Of a DNA stretch of 64,000 nt, positions 57,594 through 64,000 are shown one piece after another. The stretch is taken from positions 8,061 through 72,060 of the forward strand of contig JAURAC010000017.1 in the NCBI GenBank assembly GCA_030586555.1, written 5' to 3'. Origin of the DNA: Candidatus Subterrananammoxibius californiae. Lineage in GTDB: Bacteria > Planctomycetota > Brocadiia > Brocadiales > Subterrananammoxibiaceae. The notes beneath the pieces were generated by a model. That model did not search any database, was not told the DNA's origin, and saw nothing but the letters and a program-made list of their open reading frames with translations. The position numbers and the translations under genes are program-made. Each line of letters begins with the position of its first letter. The first letter of the stretch is position 1.

Positions 57594-58591
57594 CAGTCAG
57601 TGTTAGGCTTTATTTCCAATACGTCAAGATTAACCTCTGGCAATTCTTCAACAAGCTCAACATTGCCTGGAAGGGTGCAGTGAATCGGGAGTTTGTACGG
57701 GCCTGGAGGCTTCAAAGAACTTACGTCAATATAAGCTACAATATCTGATGGTTGTAACTTGTCCAGCACCAGCTTTGGGCCCCTTATTTGCAAATCAATA
57801 AATTGGTCCTGAAGCTTTACCTCGTAAGGAAAATCTGAAGGTTGTAGCATTTTAATCCCAATCTTTTCAAATTTCTTGATATCTAATTGCACCGAAATTG
57901 TGAACCATACTTGTACCACTTTGTCACAGGTAACAGGTACAGAAGCTTCCTTTCCACCCAGCATAAATGTAATCTGTTGTTCGATAGGAACACGCCACGG
58001 AAAGGTTTTGTTCTGGTCAGTTGTAATGCCATTAACGTTTATGGGGGTTGTGTCAATCTCAGTCGCCACGCTCAGGGCTCCGGAGGGACCACTGACAATG
58101 ACATCTGAAGGATAGACAAACTCGCTTGTTATTTTATAGCCCAGGGCAGGTTCTCCTTCTTTTTTTAAACGCACCTTAAGATACTTTTTTTGTAATTTTC
58201 CCAGTATAACTTCAATCTTGCTCGGCGTAATGGAATCCAATCTAATACCTTCTGGAAGATTAAGGTTATCTTTATCCAAGAGTATAGTTTCATTGACCTG
58301 GTCTCCTACGTCCTTTTCGTATGCAGCAATATTGTGGGTGGCTTGAACCTTCCTGTTTTTTATCATGCTTGACAAATTGTCAATCAAGCTCTGAGGTCCT
58401 CTGACTTTTATCGTAACTGTATTTGTTGCCTCATTAAGCATAGTAAAACCTGGTGGCGTAGAGATAACAAGAGGAATATCTTCCGCAAGTTCTCCCGTAT
58501 GTCTACCAGTAGCATATAGCCATAAGGCAACAGCCATAGCCAGCGCCATAAGTTTTACTCTAATGTTACCGAGAAAAAATTTTCTGTACAA
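57593..58591 (-). CDS. cdaR: CdaR/YbbR-like protein
   Basis: N-terminal anchor KLMAL..AVALW, YbbR-like V.GP repeats, follows cdaA. Confidence 0.8.
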   Translation of the reverse strand: MYRKFFLGNIRVKLMALAMAVALWLYATGRHTGELAEDIPLVISTPPGFTMLNEATNTVTIKVRGPQSLIDNLSSMIKNRKVQATHNIAAYEKDVGDQVNETILLDKDNLNLPEGIRLDSITPSKIEVILGKLQKKYLKVRLKKEGEPALGYKITSEFVYPSDVIVSGPSGALSVATEIDTTPINVNGITTDQNKTFPWRVPIEQQITFMLGGKEASVPVTCDKVVQVWFTISVQLDIKKFEKIGIKMLQPSDFPYEVKLQDQFIDLQIRGPKLVLDKLQPSDIVAYIDVSSLKPPGPYKLPIHCTLPGNVELVEELPEVNLDVLEIKPNTD

Positions 58592-59398
58592 TTAACTACT
58601 CCTGACGGCTACACCTGCTTCGGTCATAAGTGTGTCAAGGAATTTTCGAAGTTCGTTTTCACCGAGTCTGCTTTTGAGTTCACCTCGAACAGCAACGGAT
58701 ATGTTGCCAGTTTCCTCTGAAACGATGATTACTACAGCGTCTGTTTCTTCAGTCAACCCTATACCTGCCCTGTGGCGTGTGCCGAGCGTTTTAGAAATGT
58801 CGGCATTTTCGCTTAAAGGGAGCAAGCAACCAGCCGCAACAATCTTCTGTTCCTGAATAATTACTGCCCCGTCATGTAAAGGCGTTCCAGACCAGAATAT
58901 GGTGTTAAGTAAATCGCTGGATACATCGGCATTAAGACGTGTGCCACCCTCGATGAAGTTCTCAAGTCCCACTTCACGCTCTATAACAATCAGGGCGCCG
59001 ATTCTTTTTTGTGATAGCTGGACAGCAGCCTTAATAATCTCATCCATAAAAGGGTAATCCGTCTTTATAAAAAAACTAAAGAGCCGATTCTGACCAAGCC
59101 TTACAAGGGCACGCCGAAACTCCGGCTGAAAAAGAATGATAATTGGAATTACAAAGACTGGAAAAAGGTCTGTTATGAGCCAATCCAGAGTAATAAGTTT
59201 CAGCTTCTTAATAAAAAATAAGCCTATAACCATTACTGCAAAGAAAATAAATGCCAGTCCCCTGAGTATTCCAACCCCTCTTGTACCCTGTAAAAATCTA
59301 AGCACGGCATAAACCATAAGAAAAATGAGGAATATTTCAACCGAGGCTTTAAATATTTCCCAACCATCTATGCCTGAAATGCCAAGTATCTTGAGCAT
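58592..59398 (-). CDS. cdaA: Diadenylate cyclase
   Basis: 3 TM, FQPEFRR, HDGA and GTRHRA motifs. Confidence 0.95.
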   Translation of the reverse strand: MLKILGISGIDGWEIFKASVEIFLIFLMVYAVLRFLQGTRGVGILRGLAFIFFAVMVIGLFFIKKLKLITLDWLITDLFPVFVIPIIILFQPEFRRALVRLGQNRLFSFFIKTDYPFMDEIIKAAVQLSQKRIGALIVIEREVGLENFIEGGTRLNADVSSDLLNTIFWSGTPLHDGAVIIQEQKIVAAGCLLPLSENADISKTLGTRHRAGIGLTEETDAVVIIVSEETGNISVAVRGELKSRLGENELRKFLDTLMTEAGVAVRSS

Positions 59399-59399
59399 A

Positions 59400-60353
59400 T
59401 CAAGTTACTCCTCTCCCCTCACCTATCCTCTCCCGAAGGGGAGAAGGCTGGGGTGAAGGGGATGAACTACTGTTTTTTATTGCATCGCAAATTAAAACGA
59501 CTTGCACAGCTTCTTTAACATCGTGAACCCTTACAATCTTTGCCCCCTTTATTATCGCTACAGCAATGGTTGCCGCTGTACCCCTGATTAAATCAGGGGT
59601 GAATCCGCCTGAGGCGGACAAACCAAGGACATGTCCAATGAAAGACTTGCGTGATGTGCCAATCATTATGGGTCTTCCAAGGCTTTTAAATTCTTCCAAA
59701 CGATTCAAGATTTCAAGGTTATGTTGCGTTGTCTTGCCGAAACCAATGCCAGGGTCTACTATGATAGCATCTTCTTTTATACCCGATTTTACAGCAAGGT
59801 CAATACTCTGCCTTAAATCGAACATAATTTCTGACATCAGGTTCTCATAGACAGGCTTTTTTGGCATATTGTGTGGCTGTCCCTTAATATGGTTAATGAT
59901 GATAGGGGCTTGGGTTAATGCTGCAACTTGAGCCATATCCTTGTCCGCTTTCAATCCACTAATATCATTTACGATTTGAGCGCCAGCCTCTATTGCCTTC
60001 TCCGCCACTCTGGCTTTATAGGTATCAATTGAGATGGCTTTGTCTGTTCCTTTTGATAGCTCTCGTATGACTGGGATAACCCGCCTGAGTTCTTCATCTT
60101 CTGGAACTGGTTTTGACCCCGGACGTGTGGATTCACCTCCTACATCAATTATATCTGCCCCATTTTTTAGCATTTCATGGGCGTGAGCTAACGCCGTATC
60201 TAAATCGTAAAAAAGTCCTCCATCGGAAAAAGAGTCAGGGGTTACATTAAGTATCCCCATTATACGTGTAACCTTGTAAAGTTCAAGAGAACCTTTACTA
60301 TGTTTTATAATAAAGGAATCTTTTTTACATTCAGAATCAGGATAAATTACCAA
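59400..60353 (-). CDS. folP: Dihydropteroate synthase
   Basis: MGILNVTPDSFSDGG, GGESTRPG, DPGIGFGK, SRKSF, RVHDV. Confidence 0.96.
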   Translation of the reverse strand: MVIYPDSECKKDSFIIKHSKGSLELYKVTRIMGILNVTPDSFSDGGLFYDLDTALAHAHEMLKNGADIIDVGGESTRPGSKPVPEDEELRRVIPVIRELSKGTDKAISIDTYKARVAEKAIEAGAQIVNDISGLKADKDMAQVAALTQAPIIINHIKGQPHNMPKKPVYENLMSEIMFDLRQSIDLAVKSGIKEDAIIVDPGIGFGKTTQHNLEILNRLEEFKSLGRPIMIGTSRKSFIGHVLGLSASGGFTPDLIRGTAATIAVAIIKGAKIVRVHDVKEAVQVVLICDAIKNSSSSPSPQPSPLRERIGEGRGVT

Positions 60354-60832
60354 TCCTCCTCCATTAAGTTAACAATCCTTTCGGCTATATCCACGAATGC
60401 CTCGTTCTCTGCTGTACTAACGGCTTCACCACGCCTGCCGATATACTCCGTCTTCCACTGCAGCCCTTTTTTCTCTATAACATTTCTACCAGTACGTGCA
60501 TCCACCAATTTTATATCAAGCAATACCGTAACACTACCCTCGACTATGTCATCGGCAATGTTTTCAGATAGTACATTTTCCTGTACATCAGCAATTTTTC
60601 CGTACAAGATTGCATCGGCATCTTCCTTGTCAACTATCTTTAGCCTGGTCCTAAAAAGTATCTCGTCTTTAACTGCTTTGGTAAGTCCAAATTCGAGCCC
60701 ACGGCGAAAGGTATCGTTATCAAAAATAGGTACATGAATACCCTCCAAATCCCGACGCAAAAGGGACCTTGTGGAGTACCCACAACCGGATAATACAATT
60801 ATTAAAATAAAGAAAAGGACTCGGCGCATCAT
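60347..60832 (-). CDS. lptE: LptE-like lipoprotein
   Basis: LSGCGY lipobox, position after bamD. Confidence 0.75.
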   Translation of the reverse strand: MMRRVLFFILIIVLSGCGYSTRSLLRRDLEGIHVPIFDNDTFRRGLEFGLTKAVKDEILFRTRLKIVDKEDADAILYGKIADVQENVLSENIADDIVEGSVTVLLDIKLVDARTGRNVIEKKGLQWKTEYIGRRGEAVSTAENEAFVDIAERIVNLMEEDW

Positions 60833-61752
60833 TTTTTTACAACACCAATGCTTTTTAAAAATGCAAGTGTTTTTTCAGCCTTTACAGCCCATATTGTATC
60901 TGGATAATCTTGAAGTACTGTTTTATAATAAATTACGGCAGAAGTGGATTCTTTACGGCGGTAGTAAAACTCTGCAATATTAAAAGTCTTTTCAGCTTCT
61001 AATAATCTTATTTCCTCAATCTTCTTTTTTGCCTCCTCAGCCATGGGTCCTTCCGGGTTAGTTGCCAGGTATTCGTCATATCCCTCCCTGGACTGTACAA
61101 GGAGCCCCACATCCCTATCCTGGAAGTATGAGCTGGCAAACTTGCTCGAAGGGATTTGAAACTGAGCATAAGGCACCCACTCGCTCTTAGGATAATTTTC
61201 TATAATCTTTTCATACGTCGCCACAGCCTCGTCGTATTGCATAAGACTGTAATGACATTCGGCTATTTTTATTTGTGCATCAACTGCTATAGGCCCCAGC
61301 GGATTGTGTTCGATAATCTTCTCGAACATGCTTATTGCCTTCTCGGGGCTCTTTTCCATCTGGGCTGAAGCTATCCTGTACGCCTTCTCAAGAACCTCTC
61401 CCCTTCGCCTTGTGCCAGGAAACTTCACAAGTAATTTGTCTAATGCCTGAAATGCCTTCTTATATTCCCTCGCAAGGTAGTAAGCATGGCCAGCATTAAA
61501 TTGAGATGGTTCAGTCAATTCTGAGTCGGGGTATCTATCAGAGATATCCAGGAATTCATTAGCCGCGGTGATATACTTCCCGTTTATCATGAGCACCGTG
61601 GCATATCTGTATTTCTGGTGGGGGGTTTCTCTACGTAAGGTATCTGTGTCTATCCACCCTGTCCCCCTACTCCACACAAGTTTTGCATGAAGGATGCGTG
61701 GTAAGATAATAAGCGATAAAAGTACTATTAACAATATGATTATTTTCCTCAT
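60829..61752 (-). CDS. bamD: BamD-like TPR protein
   Basis: TPRs with YP.S motifs, IAEFY...SA.IYY. Confidence 0.8.
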   Translation of the reverse strand: MRKIIILLIVLLSLIILPRILHAKLVWSRGTGWIDTDTLRRETPHQKYRYATVLMINGKYITAANEFLDISDRYPDSELTEPSQFNAGHAYYLAREYKKAFQALDKLLVKFPGTRRRGEVLEKAYRIASAQMEKSPEKAISMFEKIIEHNPLGPIAVDAQIKIAECHYSLMQYDEAVATYEKIIENYPKSEWVPYAQFQIPSSKFASSYFQDRDVGLLVQSREGYDEYLATNPEGPMAEEAKKKIEEIRLLEAEKTFNIAEFYYRRKESTSAVIYYKTVLQDYPDTIWAVKAEKTLAFLKSIGVVKK

Positions 61753-62501
61753 GAAATATATTTCCACATGCGCAGTTCTTTATTCAAAATGAACGAAATA
61801 TAATACTTCAACATCCTTCTAATATCGGCGTAAAGGGATGGTTGAATACGAAGTCGTGCCACCCTTTGAAAATCGCAATTTGCTAAATAACTGGCGGCTG
61901 TTATTGCGCCCGGCAAAACTGCAATCCTCTCTTGACTCTGATTCTGGCATTTTTCGCATAGCACTCCACCTTTACTTGCACTGAAAGAGACGTATCTTTT
62001 GAGCTGTAACTCATTTTCGCAATTGACGCAGCGAATCATCTCCGGCAGGTATCCAGCAAGTTTTAACATCTGCATCTCAAAAGTTAGGAGATAGACGGAC
62101 ATCGCTGGTATGCCGGCGCTTAGAGATATTCCTCGAAGGGCATTAAGGAGTAGCTCAAACAGTTTTTCGTTCCTATCATTTTCTTCTGTAAATTCTCCAA
62201 CAAGTTCAGCCACATAAGAGGCCAAATAGAATTTGTCAAGATTCTCTCTAAGACCGGGGAAATTATCAATCAGTTCCCACTCCGTTAGGGTATAAAGCCT
62301 GGTAATGTCTCTCTTAATAAAAACAATTTCGTTATAGGTCAAAAGGTCGAGTACGCTGGTAAACTTCTTTTTGTAACGTTTAGAACCCTTTGCAAGGACG
62401 TGTATCCTTCCATAATCAAGGGTATAAAAAGAAACAATCTGGCTTGTATCGCTATAGTCGCTCCTTTTTAAAGTTATAGCCAGTGTCTTGCATAATGCCA
62501 T
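61749..62501 (-). CDS. recO: DNA repair protein RecO
   Basis: OB fold (DYSDTSQIV, AKG), CVNC..CEKC. Confidence 0.92.
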   Translation of the reverse strand: MALCKTLAITLKRSDYSDTSQIVSFYTLDYGRIHVLAKGSKRYKKKFTSVLDLLTYNEIVFIKRDITRLYTLTEWELIDNFPGLRENLDKFYLASYVAELVGEFTEENDRNEKLFELLLNALRGISLSAGIPAMSVYLLTFEMQMLKLAGYLPEMIRCVNCENELQLKRYVSFSASKGGVLCEKCQNQSQERIAVLPGAITAASYLANCDFQRVARLRIQPSLYADIRRMLKYYISFILNKELRMWKYIS

Positions 62502-62576
62502 TGATAAATGCGATTTCAACGAACATAAAGTTCGTTGTCTACCATCTGGTAGACAACAAGGTTTACCTCGTTGATG

Positions 62577-63008
62577 TCAACTTTTTTCAAAAAAGTTAGT
62601 GAGTAATTCATCTTCACGCTCATGCATTGCTTGAGCCTTCTTTTTGCTCGTATCATCGTAGCCAATAAGATGCAGTAGTCCATGAATAACGTATAATATT
62701 AGTTCCCGCTCAACGTCCGTGTGCATGGTATTAGCAGTTTCCAATGCCATCTGGGCTGAAACAACAATTTCTCCAGAAACACCGTTTGGAGGCATGCGCT
62801 CATCATCCAGAGGAAAGGAGATAACATCCGTAGGTTCATCGTGACCCAGGAATTTTTTGTTCAGCTCCATTATTTTTTCGTTATCAACGAAGGCGATACT
62901 AAGCTCACCATCCTTCCCTTCTTCCTTTAGCACCTCCATGACTATTTGCCTGATTTTCCTTTTATTAATCGGGTAATAATTTTGAGTATTTGCAATCTCT
63001 ATTTTCAT
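62577..63008 (-). CDS. ybeY: rRNA maturation RNase
   Basis: PTDVISF, HGLLHLIGYD. Confidence 0.96.
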   Translation of the reverse strand: MKIEIANTQNYYPINKRKIRQIVMEVLKEEGKDGELSIAFVDNEKIMELNKKFLGHDEPTDVISFPLDDERMPPNGVSGEIVVSAQMALETANTMHTDVERELILYVIHGLLHLIGYDDTSKKKAQAMHEREDELLTNFFEKS

Positions 63009-63084
63009 CCTAATAATTGGGCGGCATGGACAAGCTTATTTGTCCGTGCTACTGTTCAGGAAACTTACTTTTAACTAATTCACA

Positions 63085-63127
63085 TTTACGGTATTATCTT
63101 CTCATAGGCATCTACAATGTCCTGAAC
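63085..63127 (-). repeat. Displaced copy of the last 43 nt of phoH (other copy 63869-63911)
   Basis: 41/43 identity; encodes VQDIVDAYEKIIP-stop. Confidence 0.9.
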
Positions 63128-63141
63128 TTTACTTAAAAAGA

Positions 63142-63550
63142 TTATTCTCCTTGCCACGTAAAAATAGTCTTTTTCATTCTTTGTTGAAAAGTTATATCAA
63201 AATACTCAAAAACTTTTTCCCTACCCATTAGAAAAGGAACTCGTTCTATCTGTGCCCAGGCAATGGTACAATCAAACTGATGCTCTTCTATCTTCATAGG
63301 AACGACTGCGAATCTTACACCAATAACGCCACCGATTCCCCCCAATCTCTTTAACCTCTGAAGCAATCCTGTCTAAACCTAAAAAACGACCCATTCGGTA
63401 AGGGATTAAAGTGTAGTCTGCCCCGGAATCTACATAGAAATATTCAGCAATCCATTCGCTTCCGGCTCTAAGGAGATAAACCTTGGCTACTGGTCTAAAT
63501 ATTACCTCCCCTGTGCGAAGACGCTCTTGTCTGTAATCAAATTCAATCAT
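63142..63550 (-). pseudogene. Retropepsin-like aspartyl protease, frameshifted in a G6 run (63338-63343)
   Basis: VDSGADYT in one ORF, GIGG...PFLMGR..F in the overlapping ORF; removing one G gives 135 aa. Confidence 0.75.
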
Positions 63551-63563
63551 CCAACTTACTCAT

Positions 63564-63767
63564 TTAGAAGATAAATGATTCACCATGAGGAACTTTCCAA
63601 AGCACGACCTCTTTATCTGGATATTTTTCTCTGGCATTCCTGTAGGCAACTTCTGGGTCTTCATCTGCGCATACCACTTCTTTGTCTACAACAGAGATAT
63701 ACTTATCTTCATATTTACTTAGATCTACTGTTGCAAACCACTTTAATGTCTCATCCATCATAATCAC
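63564..63767 (-). CDS. DUF5678-like small protein, usual partner of such proteases
   Basis: KYEDKYISVVD.EVV...D...A..KYP; SD GGAGGTG. Confidence 0.7.
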   Translation of the reverse strand: MIMMDETLKWFATVDLSKYEDKYISVVDKEVVCADEDPEVAYRNAREKYPDKEVVLWKVPHGESFIF

Positions 63768-63869
63768 CTCCAGGATTAAAGATTTTATCTTTAGCCCTAC
63801 GTTTGCCTGATAGCCAATAAGGTTTTACATTATTATTAATTCAATCAATATAAAGTTCATTGCCTACTT

Positions 63870-64000
63870 TTACGGTATTATCTTCTCGTAAGCATCTACA
63901 ATGTCCTGAACGAGCCTGTGGCGGACAATGTCCTTGCGGGTTAGGTAGATGAAGCTTATTCCATTTACGCCCCTTAGCCTTTCTTGCACATCAGCAAGTC
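63870..64000 (-). CDS. phoH: PhoH-family protein, C-terminal end (partial)
   Basis: LADVQERLRGVNGISFIYLTRKDIVRHRLVQDIVDAYE; upstream of ybeY as usual. Confidence 0.85.
   Translation of the reverse strand, partial: LADVQERLRGVNGISFIYLTRKDIVRHRLVQDIVDAYEKIIP

Overview
A ~41% GC chromosomal stretch, almost all on the minus strand. It probably comes from an anaerobic Planctomycetota of the Ca. Brocadiia (anammox-related) type; this is an inference from the FabF/inactive-FabF/B12 radical SAM cluster, the c-type cytochromes and the phoH-ybeY-recO-bamD-lptE-folP-cdaA-cdaR-pdxJ-dapA-folE order. Core genes include hyfB, aspA, an oxidative-stress/ferritin-like cluster, xerD, lpxD, der, dnaJ, ktrAB, apbE and acsA. 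They are interrupted by many small toxin-antitoxin and defence modules. Signals the ORF track does not explain: (1) an array of TA/nuclease modules at 23.9-27.5 kb, each separated by one copy of the same oriented palindromic repeat and ending at a genuine integron attC; (2) two modules sitting between duplicated gene termini whose copies differ only at synonymous sites; (3) a sigma54-type promoter in front of an unannotated 23-aa Lys/Gly/Cys peptide, followed by an attenuator-like leader, an apparently ATT-initiated DUF2156 gene and a GNAT; (4) at least six families of short palindromic or tandem repeats, many inserted in frame inside conserved enzymes; (5) two tRNA genes broken near the anticodon; (6) near-absence of GATC from core DNA. 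Family names are from recognition of motifs, not from database searches.
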